This document shows, piece after piece, positions 8,861 through 18,472 of a stretch of DNA of 50,729 nt. The position numbers were made by a program, and so were the translations under genes. Under the pieces are notes generated by a model. The model saw nothing but the letters and a program-made list of their open reading frames with translations. It made no database searches and was not told the origin of the DNA. The stretch is from Candidatus Peribacteria bacterium (GTDB lineage Bacteria; Patescibacteriota; Gracilibacteria; Peribacterales; Peribacteraceae). The stretch is taken from NCBI GenBank assembly GCA_943355155.1, contig CALREJ010000003.1:1-50729 (forward strand), given 5' to 3'. Numbering within the stretch: the first letter of the stretch is position 1; each line of letters starts with the position of its first letter.

Positions 8861-9625
8861 TCATTCTTCAAATCGAAAACTCCGTATCATCTCATTGTCC
8901 AAATCATCAAATCTTCCATCTTGACCGATTTTCCACGTCACTGCTATTTTCTGAGTCGGCGAATATTTGAGAGCATAAATGAAATTTAAGGGACATAAAG
9001 AACCAACGTTATCGTCACCTTCATCTCCCTTTATCTCTACATCATAGACACCGCGTTGATCAGTCTCATTTTTTGCAAGGATCTCACAACCGGTTCCATA
9101 CCACTGCCGAATGAATGCGAGCAGCTCTGCGTCATTGGAAATATTTTTTTGCCCCACCATCTTCCATCCCCAATAATAAAAAAGCGGATCCTGCATTTCC
9201 TTTTTGATAGTATCAAGCGTCACATCTTCTTTGGCGCAGGTCGTTTCGGAGGAATTCTCCGCCTGTTGATCGTGCGTTAAAATTGTAGGAGTAATGATGG
9301 AGGAATCACCATCTTCCAGAACAGTCACTGGATACCCTTCTGTTGCGTAGGGCTGAACATCACAGCGACTTCCCACAAGATATTTTGGATAGAGAACGGA
9401 GTAACCAAATCGCGCATTATGGTATAACTCACTGCGTTCTGCCAACGGAAGTGCAGCACGTCTTTGAATAGAAGAGGATGAATGAAACGTAATCGGCGGC
9501 AGTATCTGCTCTCCGGCGTATTGATCATCAGCCGAGAAATCCGGCGCATAATAAAGATAGATTCCTCCAAAGACTCCGAAGGAAAGCAGAAGTGAAAGAG
9601 CGATATCCTTGTGAGAAAAACTCAT
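8861..9625 (-). CDS. Membrane-anchored hypothetical protein (possibly PsbP-like fold)
   Basis: N-terminal TM helix, Y.N..FGYSV.YP and C-terminal MIRSFRF. Start moved to ATG 9625. Confidence 0.7.
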   Translation of the reverse strand: MSFSHKDIALSLLLSFGVFGGIYLYYAPDFSADDQYAGEQILPPITFHSSSSIQRRAALPLAERSELYHNARFGYSVLYPKYLVGSRCDVQPYATEGYPVTVLEDGDSSIITPTILTHDQQAENSSETTCAKEDVTLDTIKKEMQDPLFYYWGWKMVGQKNISNDAELLAFIRQWYGTGCEILAKNETDQRGVYDVEIKGDEGDDNVGSLCPLNFIYALKYSPTQKIAVTWKIGQDGRFDDLDNEMIRSFRFEE

Positions 9626-9746
9626 AGCGAAAGTGTATGTGACGGGCTTAGCATTACCAAGGTATTCCAAAAATCACTAGAATTTCAGTCATTGACAGCG
9701 CAATCATTTTATATATTATTGACATATATTCTTGTTACGTCAATTT

Positions 9747-10313
9747 ATGTCAGAAACCACTGCAAAAAAGGAATCCGCCGAGTTAGACCCTGCATTGGCA
9801 GAAGCTTTCGAGACATTGGATACTTTTATTCCAGAAATGAGATTGGGATATCACGCCGTAAAAGGAGATAAAGTTCGTGTGAGCAATCTCGATGAATTAC
9901 TTCCGATTGGTGCTGGCAGGCGAAAAAGTAGATTGGTAATAAATCCTGATGAAGAGAATCCCCTTCGTATTGTTCACACCAAAAGAAAACCAACCGATGA
10001 CAATTCGAATCGGGTAATCGTTGGTATTTCACCAAAAGGAAATTTCCAGATTAAAAAAGGTAGGGAATTGCTCTACCAAGCTTCTTCACAAGCAGAGGGA
10101 ATCTGGGAAGTAGATGTTGATACTATTGAAGAAAGTGAGCGCGACGCTGTTTTTGGAATCATGGAAGCTCTGCAAAAGAAAGCTCAAACTAAAATAGAAA
10201 AAGAAGCCAGAAAAGCTGAAAGGGTAAAAGCATTCGTCGAAGAATTGCGCATAGCTGTAGAAGCAAGATTGGAAGCAGGCAGAGCGCTGTCTCAAGATTC
10301 CGCAGCACTGTAA
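9747..10313 (+). CDS. Hypothetical protein with C-terminal coiled coil
   Basis: Open charged ORF; TTGACA upstream. Confidence 0.7.
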   Translation: MSETTAKKESAELDPALAEAFETLDTFIPEMRLGYHAVKGDKVRVSNLDELLPIGAGRRKSRLVINPDEENPLRIVHTKRKPTDDNSNRVIVGISPKGNFQIKKGRELLYQASSQAEGIWEVDVDTIEESERDAVFGIMEALQKKAQTKIEKEARKAERVKAFVEELRIAVEARLEAGRALSQDSAAL

Positions 10314-10315
10314 TC

Positions 10316-10639
10316 TCACTTCTTCCTCTTCTTCACATGCGGAACTTCCGCAGCAGTTTTTTCAATGAGAGTCGCCATCCACTCAGCGTCCTCCCATTTC
10401 TCTTCATCAATCTGAAAATGGAGCTTCGCGCCGGGATATGGCGCGCCTTCTGTGACATCCCCAATGAAAGCCCTGCCGGCTTCCGTTGGTTTCACAAACA
10501 ATCGATCATCACACACGAGCGCCACCACTGTGTCGTTGCAGTAGATGGCATATTCGCCAAACATCTTGCGGCTGCGGATATCGCCGGCGGCGGACATTTG
10601 ATCGACGAGAAAGTCTGCGGTGGATTGAGCGGTCGCCAT
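10316..10639 (-). CDS. TfoX/Sxy N-terminal domain protein
   Basis: RKMFGEYAIY, LVCDDRLFVKPT and PYPGAK. Confidence 0.92.
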   Translation of the reverse strand: MATAQSTADFLVDQMSAAGDIRSRKMFGEYAIYCNDTVVALVCDDRLFVKPTEAGRAFIGDVTEGAPYPGAKLHFQIDEEKWEDAEWMATLIEKTAAEVPHVKKRKK

Positions 10640-10677
10640 GGACACAGAGTAGCATGAAGAATGGTATGATCACTTTG

Positions 10678-10941
10678 ATGAAACCAACAACAACGACTCT
10701 CTCGTCGCTCCAAAAGCTACACATCCTGTGGAATGTCCTTCGGCATCCACGCACGTCCCCCATTGCCAAATTTTTGCTTGGAGGTTCACTCCTCTATGGA
10801 ATACTTCCGTTTGATTTCATTCCCGATTTTTTGCCACTGATCGGCATCACGGACGATGCTACGTTACTGATTGCAGGAATAATGGTCTTCATGAAAATGA
10901 CGAAGGCGATGCGAAAGGAGATAGAGAAAAATATCTCTTGA
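10678..10941 (+). CDS. YkvA/DUF1232-family membrane protein
   Basis: HPRT...AK and PFDFIPDFLPLIGITDD. Confidence 0.9.
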   Translation: MKPTTTTLSSLQKLHILWNVLRHPRTSPIAKFLLGGSLLYGILPFDFIPDFLPLIGITDDATLLIAGIMVFMKMTKAMRKEIEKNIS

Positions 10942-10980
10942 ATTTAGCATCATAAAAAGGTATAATAAATGCACCTTTAT
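10938..10980 (+). promoter_or_regulatory. Sigma70 promoter of the TA operon with an overlapping inverted repeat (probable operator)
   Basis: TTGAAT-17 bp-TATAAT; AAAGGT (10956-10961) and ACCTTT (10973-10978) bracket the -10. Confidence 0.6.
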
Positions 10981-10996
10981 TCGTACTATATTTACC

Positions 10997-11230
10997 ATGA
11001 CCACTATCACGTTACAGGATATAAAGTCGCGAGGAGCCAAAGCAATTTCAGATGAGAAAGTTGTGTATTTGATCGTAAATTCTCAGACAAAGTCGGTTAT
11101 GGTTCCTCCTGCAGAATATGCGATGCTTCTTGCTGCACAGGAAGAGCTCGAGGACATTAAGGCGATTGAAGAACGCAAACACGAAAAAACCATCCCCTTC
11201 TCCAAAGTGTTTTCAGTTTCTAAAAAATGA
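10997..11230 (+). CDS. Antitoxin (Phd/YefM-like)
   Basis: 77 aa with VMVPPAEY...EELED; ATGA overlap with the toxin gene. Confidence 0.8.
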   Translation: MTTITLQDIKSRGAKAISDEKVVYLIVNSQTKSVMVPPAEYAMLLAAQEELEDIKAIEERKHEKTIPFSKVFSVSKK

Positions 11231-11496
11231 AACAGCCTTTTTCCATCGTTCTGAAACATTCAGTTCAAAAAGATATTCGTCGCATTCCAGCGAGCATTCT
11301 GGGTAGTATTCAAACAAAGATTGCGACACTCGCAGAAAATCCTTTCCCAGCAGGAGCAGAACCCATTCAAGGATATGATCATCACTATCGCATTCGTATT
11401 GGGAACTATCGCATCATCTACGAGGTAGCAGCCACCATTCGCATCATCACCGTCATCCGCATAGGACACAGAAAAGATGTGTATCGACAATTGTGA
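11227..11496 (+). CDS. RelE/ParE-family toxin
   Basis: YRIRIGNYRIIYEV and IGHRKDVY. Confidence 0.92.
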   Translation: MKQPFSIVLKHSVQKDIRRIPASILGSIQTKIATLAENPFPAGAEPIQGYDHHYRIRIGNYRIIYEVAATIRIITVIRIGHRKDVYRQL

Positions 11497-11508
11497 GACG
11501 ACATGATT

Positions 11509-12960
11509 TCACAGTGCGCCCAAATCCAACTCCTCATCAATATGTATTTGCTGAACGAATTCGCTGTCGTGGCTGACGAGGATCATCCCTCCTTGATATT
11601 CATTGAGTGCTTCTGCAATCACCGGAAGATGGCGGAAGTTGATGTGATTTGTTGGTTCGTCGAGGATCAGTAATGTCGGTTTCTGGAGCATGAAGCGCGC
11701 AAAACAAAGTAAACCCTTTTGCCCTTCGGAGAGCGCTGCTGCTCGCGTTTGGATCTTATCTGCGGGCAAGAGGAAGCGCGCGGCTGTGGAATACACGAGT
11801 TGATTATTCGCTTTTTCCATGGCTTCTTCGAGGATATCGTAGACGGTTTTATCCATGGGAAGTCCTGAGAAATCTTGTCGGTAATACCCAACCTTCACGC
11901 CTTCGGTAATCACCGCACCCTTTTCCTTACCATTCGCCATCGCTTCGAGGAGCGAACTTTTGCCGATTCCGTTTGGACCGGTGATGAGGAGGGTGTGCTT
12001 GCGACGCACGGTCACCTCCACATTTTTCTTCACGGGTTTATGTCCGACCATGATGTGCACGGAGCTGATTTGTACCAAGGGCTTTGGGAATTCTTCGGCG
12101 TCGATCGTGAAAGGGGCGATGGTTTTGTCTTCGCGTTTTACTTCGACTTTATTGTCCTCTGCTTCCTCGACCGCATCGCGCATTTTGCTCGCGAGCTTGC
12201 GCATTTTTCCACCTTTGTGGGAGAAAAAGTTGATCTTTTCTTTCTGATCAATGATCGCTTTTTCCATGCGGGCATTCTGCCGCTGCTCACGTTCGATCTG
12301 CTCTTCGATTCGCTCGAGCACATCGAGGTAATTCCCTGTGTACTGCTCGACTTTGTGCGTGTGCGCGTCGAGGTACAGCACGCCTTCGGTGAAGCTATTC
12401 AGGAACGCTGCGTCGTGGGAAATGACAATGCACGTCTTTTCGTACATCACAAGGAAACTCGTCAGGTGATCAATCCCCGCTTGGTCGAGGTTATTCGTTG
12501 GTTCATCGAGGAGGAGAATGTCGGGTTCTTGAATGAGTGCGAATGCGAGGAGAAGTCTGGCTTTCTGACCACCGGAAAACGCGCTGATCTTTTTCTCCAT
12601 GGGAGCTTTCAATTGCACAGCATCGAGCACGCGCGCAATGTGTCGATCAATATCATATTTTTTCTCGGAAAATGCGCTCTCGAAGAATTCCAATACCGTC
12701 TTTTGTAAATCATCGTTCGCAATCACCTGCTTTGCAATTCCGATCGTCATCCCCTTTTTCATGTGTATCTCGCCTTCTTGTGGCTTAATCGCGCGCGTGA
12801 TCAATTTGAAAATCGTACTTTTCCCCGCACCATTCTGACCCATGATCGTGAGCTTCGCATTTTCACGCACGGAAAAACCCGCACCGTCGAGAATCGGTTT
12901 ATGGTGATCGTAATGAAACGTCACGTCCTGCAGCCGCAAAATGACATCGCCGTGGTCTAT
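11509..12960 (-). CDS. ABC-F family ATPase (ribosome-associated); start uncertain
   Basis: Two ABC cassettes (GQNGAGKS/SGGQ/LLLDEPTN and GPNGIGKS/SEGQ/LILDEPTN), a linker and no TM segments. The track start at 13209 overlaps recQ and is unlikely. Confidence 0.9.
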   Translation of the reverse strand: MDHGDVILRLQDVTFHYDHHKPILDGAGFSVRENAKLTIMGQNGAGKSTIFKLITRAIKPQEGEIHMKKGMTIGIAKQVIANDDLQKTVLEFFESAFSEKKYDIDRHIARVLDAVQLKAPMEKKISAFSGGQKARLLLAFALIQEPDILLLDEPTNNLDQAGIDHLTSFLVMYEKTCIVISHDAAFLNSFTEGVLYLDAHTHKVEQYTGNYLDVLERIEEQIEREQRQNARMEKAIIDQKEKINFFSHKGGKMRKLASKMRDAVEEAEDNKVEVKREDKTIAPFTIDAEEFPKPLVQISSVHIMVGHKPVKKNVEVTVRRKHTLLITGPNGIGKSSLLEAMANGKEKGAVITEGVKVGYYRQDFSGLPMDKTVYDILEEAMEKANNQLVYSTAARFLLPADKIQTRAAALSEGQKGLLCFARFMLQKPTLLILDEPTNHINFRHLPVIAEALNEYQGGMILVSHDSEFVQQIHIDEELDLGAL

Positions 12961-13133
12961 GAAAAAAGGAAGGAAGAGTGGGTAGTGTAGGGAAAAATGA
13001 GGGAATTTGGTAGGGATGTTCTCCCCACCCACAGAACGCCATTCCCCCCTTCCATATGCCAAAAAACAAGACACCCCCAAAGAAAAATTGAAATCGTTTA
13101 GACGGCGAAACAGGATCAATCTAATGTACTGAC

Positions 13134-15323
13134 ATGCCAGACGTCGCAACACCACCGAACCTCCACACCCTCCTCGAAAAGCATTTTGGGTATCAAACAT
13201 TTCGGCCATTGCAGGAGGACATTATGAAGACACTGCTTTCTGGGAAACATTGCCTCGCAGTGATGCCAACGGGGAGTGGGAAATCGCTGTGTTTTCAGTT
13301 GCCTGCTCTTTGTATGGACGGCATCACGCTGGTCATCTCCCCTCTCATTGCGCTCATGAAAGATCAGGTGGACAGCCTCTGTGCAAACGGCATCGCGGCG
13401 GCTTTTTTGAATAGTAGCCAGAGTGCTGCGGAGCAAGCGACAGTCAGAAATGAAATTGTGAACGGCAACGTGCGGCTGCTGTACATCGCGCCGGAGCGAC
13501 TCGCGGTCGAGGGATTTTTATCGTTTCTTTCTGCCATAAAAGTGAAACTAATCGCGATTGATGAAGCGCATTGTATTTCGGAATGGGGACATGAATTCCG
13601 TCCGGACTATCGAAATCTAACTATCTTGCGGGATACGTTTCCGACAGTTCCGGTGATTGCTCTCACCGCAACAGCCACACCAAAAGTCCGCGAAGACATT
13701 CGTGAGCAATTGAGCCTACATGACGCACCCCTCTTCCTCTCGAGTTTCAATCGCCCGAATCTCACGTACCAAGTGTATCCAAAGAAACGCGCGTTCGACC
13801 GTCTGCTCCTCCTCTTTCGCGACAAAAAACGTCTGCCTGCGATTGTGTATTGTTTCTCGAGGAAAGGAACGGAATCGCTCGCGGCGGATCTAAACGCAGA
13901 GGGATTTAAAGCACTCCCCTACCATGCAGGACTCGATGCAGAGGTGCGGAAAAAGACGCAGGATTCTTTTATGCTCGGCGATATCGACATCATCACTGCG
14001 ACAACGGCGTTTGGGATGGGCATTGATAAACCAGATGTCCGCACGGTCGTCCATTTTGATCTGCCGAAAAACATCGAAAGTTACTATCAGGAGACAGGAC
14101 GTGCGGGACGCGACGGCCTCGGCAGCGACTGTGTCCTCTTTTTTTCCTACGGCGATAAAATCAAACAGGAATTTTTCATCGACGAGATACAGGACAAAGC
14201 ACAACAAAAAGTGATGCGACAAAAACTTGCGCAGATGCTGCGGTACGGAGAAATTGAGACGTGTCGGCGGGCATATTTGCTCCGATACTTCGACGAAAAG
14301 GACGTCGCAGAAACCTGTAACGGCTGCGATTGCTGCCTCGACCAAGGAGAGGTATTTGATGCGACGATTGTCACGCAAAAAATATTGTGTGCCGTGATCA
14401 AAACGGGAGAGAGGTTTGGAGCGGCACATGTGTGCGATGTGCTCTGCGGAAAAACGAGTGAGCGAATGAGGAACCTAAAACATGATCAGCTGTCTGTGTT
14501 CGGCGCGGTGACGGATTTTGATATAGGGCAACTCCACGACATCGTCCAATCGCTCCTCCAAAAAAATCTGCTCGCGAAAGCGGATGGGCAATACCCAACA
14601 TTGAGCGTGCCGGAAGCAGGCCGCATGTTCCTGAAAGAAAAGTCGACACTGAAACTTCGAAAGCCACGCGAAAGTTCTGTATTCACCAAGCGCGCGAAGA
14701 ACGATGAGGACATCGCATTCAATGAAGAACTGTTCGAAGAACTGCGCGCACTGCGACGCAAAATCGCAGAGAAGGACGGAGTCGCCGCCTTCGTCGTCTT
14801 CGGTGACAGATCCCTCCGCGAGATGGCAGCGTATTTTCCCAAAAAAGCAGAATCGTTCCGGAAGATGTATGGAGTATCCGACAAAAAAGCTGAGCAGTAC
14901 GGTTCGGAGTTTCTGCCCATCATCCAACGCTTCGCATCCGTGCACGGACTGGAAGAAAAACCGATTCCCCAAAGGCAAGGAAAAAGCATCTTCCATCGCA
15001 TCGGAAACATTCTCAGCACGAACTCAACGTACGAAGGAACACGCCAGCTCGTCCTGAAAAAAATTCCTCTCGCGGAGATGGCGGCACAAAGAAACCTGAA
15101 AGAAGGCACCATCGTCGCACACGTCGAAGCGATTCTGGAGGCAGGTACCGTGCTTGATATCGAATACCTGAAACCAGAGGCTGCGATTTTTAACGAAATA
15201 GCCGCCGTCTTTAAAATCCATGATGGCTCGACCGCCCTCTCCCCCATTTTCGGGCACTTCGAAGGAAAATATTCGTACGATACGATTCGTTTGGTGCGGA
15301 TGTTTTTGAAGAGTTCAGCTTGA
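13134..15323 (+). CDS. recQ: ATP-dependent DNA helicase RecQ
   Basis: MPTGSGKS, DEAH, QETGRAGRDG, Zn-binding Cys cluster, RQC, HRDC and a C-terminal HTH region. Confidence 0.97.
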   Translation: MPDVATPPNLHTLLEKHFGYQTFRPLQEDIMKTLLSGKHCLAVMPTGSGKSLCFQLPALCMDGITLVISPLIALMKDQVDSLCANGIAAAFLNSSQSAAEQATVRNEIVNGNVRLLYIAPERLAVEGFLSFLSAIKVKLIAIDEAHCISEWGHEFRPDYRNLTILRDTFPTVPVIALTATATPKVREDIREQLSLHDAPLFLSSFNRPNLTYQVYPKKRAFDRLLLLFRDKKRLPAIVYCFSRKGTESLAADLNAEGFKALPYHAGLDAEVRKKTQDSFMLGDIDIITATTAFGMGIDKPDVRTVVHFDLPKNIESYYQETGRAGRDGLGSDCVLFFSYGDKIKQEFFIDEIQDKAQQKVMRQKLAQMLRYGEIETCRRAYLLRYFDEKDVAETCNGCDCCLDQGEVFDATIVTQKILCAVIKTGERFGAAHVCDVLCGKTSERMRNLKHDQLSVFGAVTDFDIGQLHDIVQSLLQKNLLAKADGQYPTLSVPEAGRMFLKEKSTLKLRKPRESSVFTKRAKNDEDIAFNEELFEELRALRRKIAEKDGVAAFVVFGDRSLREMAAYFPKKAESFRKMYGVSDKKAEQYGSEFLPIIQRFASVHGLEEKPIPQRQGKSIFHRIGNILSTNSTYEGTRQLVLKKIPLAEMAAQRNLKEGTIVAHVEAILEAGTVLDIEYLKPEAAIFNEIAAVFKIHDGSTALSPIFGHFEGKYSYDTIRLVRMFLKSSA

Positions 15324-15328
15324 AATCC

Positions 15329-16756
15329 TCACCTCAGCGGCAGCGTAAACTCCACCGTCGTCCCCTCCGAGACTTTGCTTTTCAGACTGATGGTGCCGCC
15401 GGCTTTTTCGATGATGCCTTTTGCGATGTAGAGGCCGAGGCCGTTGCCGTTTGGTTTATGGATTGCGGCGTTTGATGCGCGGGTGAATTCTTCGAACATT
15501 CTGGAAATTTCATGGCTTGGTACGCCACATCCTTCGTCTTTCACGACGATATGCACAAAATTACCTTTGACGGATGTGCGGATCGCAATCGGTGAGCCTT
15601 TCGCGGAAAAGTCCGATGCATTGCCGACGATTTCACGGAGCACTGCGCCGATACGCGTCGGGTCGATATTCACAGAAACATCCGGTACATCGGACACGAG
15701 TAGTTTCTGATGTTTGCGTTCTAAAATATCGTGGAGATCGTGGACAACGTCGTGGATAACTGACTGCAACGGCGTTGCGGCAAACGTGTACTCAACGTTG
15801 CCGTGATGGACTTGGTCTGCACCCGATAGTGACTTGAGGATGCTATCGATTCTGTCTGCACCGTCACGCAAAGAGATGATATCTTTGAGAGCGCCGGGGC
15901 ATGCTTTTGCATGTGGCACGACAGCGGTATGTAAAGACTCGGTCGCAAGGCGAATGATCGTGAGTGGCGTCCCGAGCTGATGGAAGGTCAGCTGTAAGAG
16001 GGCGGCGCGCTCGGACTCGAGCATGGAAAAGGACTCCAGACGGCGTTTCCAGATAATGATTGCAATGAATCCTGCGATCGCGGCACCCGTCAGAACGAAC
16101 AGAAGAAATGCAACAGGTGAGAAAATGCTCTGCGACAACACCGTGTAATTTGCGATATCCATATCCGTTCCCAAAATTCCTTTGAATACACCGCGTCGAT
16201 CGCGAATCGGGGCAAATCCCGACATGTAGGTTCCCCACTGATCGGTATACGGAGCATCCGTCGTCACGGGAACTTTGAGTGCCTCATGAATACTAGCGAG
16301 CCTCGAGACATCGTACGGCGTTCCGGGAGGCGCGAGTGCATCGGAATCGTCAATCGCTCCGTCACCATTCAAATCCACTTTGTCATATGGGTGAAGCGAG
16401 TCTGCATCTGCCACAAATTCGAAAACGTTTGGGTCTTTCGTTGGCCGGAAAATATACGTGAATTTGAGTCCGGGATTTTGATTACGAATGCTATTCAGGA
16501 TCGCGATCGCATCGGCGTAGACAGGAGTATCGACGTCCTCGGGTCCCCGAATCTGTTCCAAATTCGTATCACGAAATGCGAGTGCGGAACTCGCTGCTAT
16601 ATTCATAAGCCGTGTCTTCAGTGCCTGCTCCATAATCTGCTGCGCACGGACAAAGAAAAACGAACCGAATGCAATGCTGAAAAGAAGCACGGTTCCTGAA
16701 ACTAATACAACGGAGATAATGGTTTTTGCCAGTGACAGTGGACGCTCGTGAGTCAT
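15329..16756 (-). CDS. Membrane sensor histidine kinase
   Basis: Two TM helices around a Cache-like region (YTDQWGTYMSGFAPI); HQLGTPL, DEGCG and GNGLGL boxes. Confidence 0.92.
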   Translation of the reverse strand: MTHERPLSLAKTIISVVLVSGTVLLFSIAFGSFFFVRAQQIMEQALKTRLMNIAASSALAFRDTNLEQIRGPEDVDTPVYADAIAILNSIRNQNPGLKFTYIFRPTKDPNVFEFVADADSLHPYDKVDLNGDGAIDDSDALAPPGTPYDVSRLASIHEALKVPVTTDAPYTDQWGTYMSGFAPIRDRRGVFKGILGTDMDIANYTVLSQSIFSPVAFLLFVLTGAAIAGFIAIIIWKRRLESFSMLESERAALLQLTFHQLGTPLTIIRLATESLHTAVVPHAKACPGALKDIISLRDGADRIDSILKSLSGADQVHHGNVEYTFAATPLQSVIHDVVHDLHDILERKHQKLLVSDVPDVSVNIDPTRIGAVLREIVGNASDFSAKGSPIAIRTSVKGNFVHIVVKDEGCGVPSHEISRMFEEFTRASNAAIHKPNGNGLGLYIAKGIIEKAGGTISLKSKVSEGTTVEFTLPLR

Positions 16757-16851
16757 GTTTTGTGTGTAATGTTCTTCCCATTATTTTAGCATATCTGAGC
16801 CAAAAATACAATTTGGAAGTGTATACGGCCATTTGCTGTACACTCACACAC

Positions 16852-17631
16852 ATGCAGGAAACTTCACTCATCACAGGGGCCTCCGGTGGACTCGGAGAAG
16901 AGTTTGCAAAACTCTGTGCGGCAGACAAGATGAATGTCGTCCTCGTGGCTCGGGGTGAAGAGGCTCTGAAGACCCTCGCAGCAGAGCTCGAAAAAGCGCA
17001 TGGCATCACCGCCACGGTGATCGCGAAAGATTTGTCGTTACCCAATGCCGCTGCGGAGATCGTCGAAACCCTCAAGAAGAAATCGATCCACATTGATATG
17101 CTCATCAACAATGCCGGCTTTGGTTCGTACGGAGCATTTCATAAAACAGACTTCGCGCAGGAAAAAATGATGCTCGAAGTGAATGTGACGGCACTCACGG
17201 AGCTCACGAAATTGCTGCTGCCCGCAATGGTCGCAAAGAAGAGTGGAAAGATTTTAAATGTCGCCTCGACCGCTGCATTTCAACCGGGGCCGCTGATGGC
17301 TGTCTACTACGCGACAAAGGCGTACGTTCTTTCTTTTTCGGAAGGCATCGCACGTGAACTGAAAGGAACAGGAGTCACCGTCACGTGTCTTTGCCCCGGC
17401 CCAACCAAAACGCAGTTTGCAAAAACGGCGCATATGGAAAGTTCGCGTCTTTTTAAGGGATCGGTCATGGACGCACCGACGGTCGCACTGCGTGGATACA
17501 GCGCCTTGTGTGCAGGAAAAAAATTGGTCGTTCCGGGTATCCGGAACAGAGTAGGGGCCTTTGCTACACGTTTCGTCCCAATCAGTTTTGCCGCAATGGT
17601 TGCGGAGAAAGTGCAGGGGAAGAAAAAGTAA
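16852..17631 (+). CDS. SDR-family oxidoreductase
   Basis: ITGASGGLG, NNAG and YYATK. Start moved to ATG 16852. Confidence 0.95.
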   Translation: MQETSLITGASGGLGEEFAKLCAADKMNVVLVARGEEALKTLAAELEKAHGITATVIAKDLSLPNAAAEIVETLKKKSIHIDMLINNAGFGSYGAFHKTDFAQEKMMLEVNVTALTELTKLLLPAMVAKKSGKILNVASTAAFQPGPLMAVYYATKAYVLSFSEGIARELKGTGVTVTCLCPGPTKTQFAKTAHMESSRLFKGSVMDAPTVALRGYSALCAGKKLVVPGIRNRVGAFATRFVPISFAAMVAEKVQGKKK

Positions 17632-17647
17632 TTTTGCCATGCTCATG

Positions 17648-17728
17648 TGTCATCCTGCCTGCCCGTCCGAAGCCAAGAGGCGAAGGCGGGAGTGTTTTTG
17701 CCGCAGCAAAAATGTATCGAAGGACGAA
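17648..17728 (+). repeat. Family-1 palindromic repeat carrying a nested family-2 element (17658-17690)
   Basis: TGTCATCCTG-[CCTGCCCGTCCGAAGCCAAGAGGCGAAGGCGGG]-AGTG...TCGAAGGACGAA. Confidence 0.8.
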
Positions 17729-17810
17729 CGATTGTGATATTTCCCCACAAAAAAAACTCTGCTACAGTGGCGTACTTAGCATTTGCCAATCATTCCTTTC
17801 CCTCGCTGCT

Positions 17811-18401
17811 ATGAGCATCGCATCGAAACATCTCCAATTTTCCTTACTCGCAGGACTCGTGACTATTTTTGGACTCACGGTCGGTTTTTCCCATGCGGAA
17901 GATACGAACGCACTTCCAAACATTGCCTACACATTTGTGATGACCGAACCAAATGGCATCACCGATGACAGCAATGTCTTTGCCGGTGCAAAATTTGATA
18001 TTCAGGGTTTCACCAATCACCCCTGTTACCAAATCGCAGGAATCGAAGCGAAAATCTGTAATGACCAGTACGGCCTGACTGCACCGCTGAAAACATATGT
18101 TAATAACGGCATGCTCTATAGCTACCTCAATCAAAAAGGCCTTCTCGCAAAAGTCGATGTGAATTCGGTCCTCGTCGGAGGAGCCGGCATCGAACCAGTT
18201 GAAATATTCCTTCCACCCGTACCGGTTTCTACTGCGAAACAGGACGATGTCAGTACTCTCCGCAGCGACCACAACGATAAGCTCTGGGCAATTTGCATAC
18301 GGAAAACACCCGCCCGCGCAGAGGCAACCGCCTGCTACCAAAGAAACATCCGCCTGACCCTTCGCTACAGAGCTGAGCTACATGAGGAGGATGTGCGGTG
18401 A
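17811..18401 (+). CDS. Secreted hypothetical protein
   Basis: Signal peptide ending SHA-E and two Cys pairs. Start moved to ATG 17811. Confidence 0.7.
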   Translation: MSIASKHLQFSLLAGLVTIFGLTVGFSHAEDTNALPNIAYTFVMTEPNGITDDSNVFAGAKFDIQGFTNHPCYQIAGIEAKICNDQYGLTAPLKTYVNNGMLYSYLNQKGLLAKVDVNSVLVGGAGIEPVEIFLPPVPVSTAKQDDVSTLRSDHNDKLWAICIRKTPARAEATACYQRNIRLTLRYRAELHEEDVR

Positions 18402-18421
18402 GTGATAAAAAATGGAATGGG

Positions 18422-18447
18422 AAAAGAGGCCATGTGGCCTCTTTTTT
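18422..18447. terminator. Bidirectional intrinsic terminator
   Basis: AAAAGAGGCC-atgt-GGCCTCTTTTTT between convergent genes. Confidence 0.85.
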
Positions 18448-18472
18448 ATGACGCTAAAGAAATTGATTGTGA

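Noticed and set aside
12961-13209. 83-codon N-terminal extension of the ABC-F ORF
   Set aside because: It overlaps divergent recQ, spans both promoters and has non-protein-like composition.
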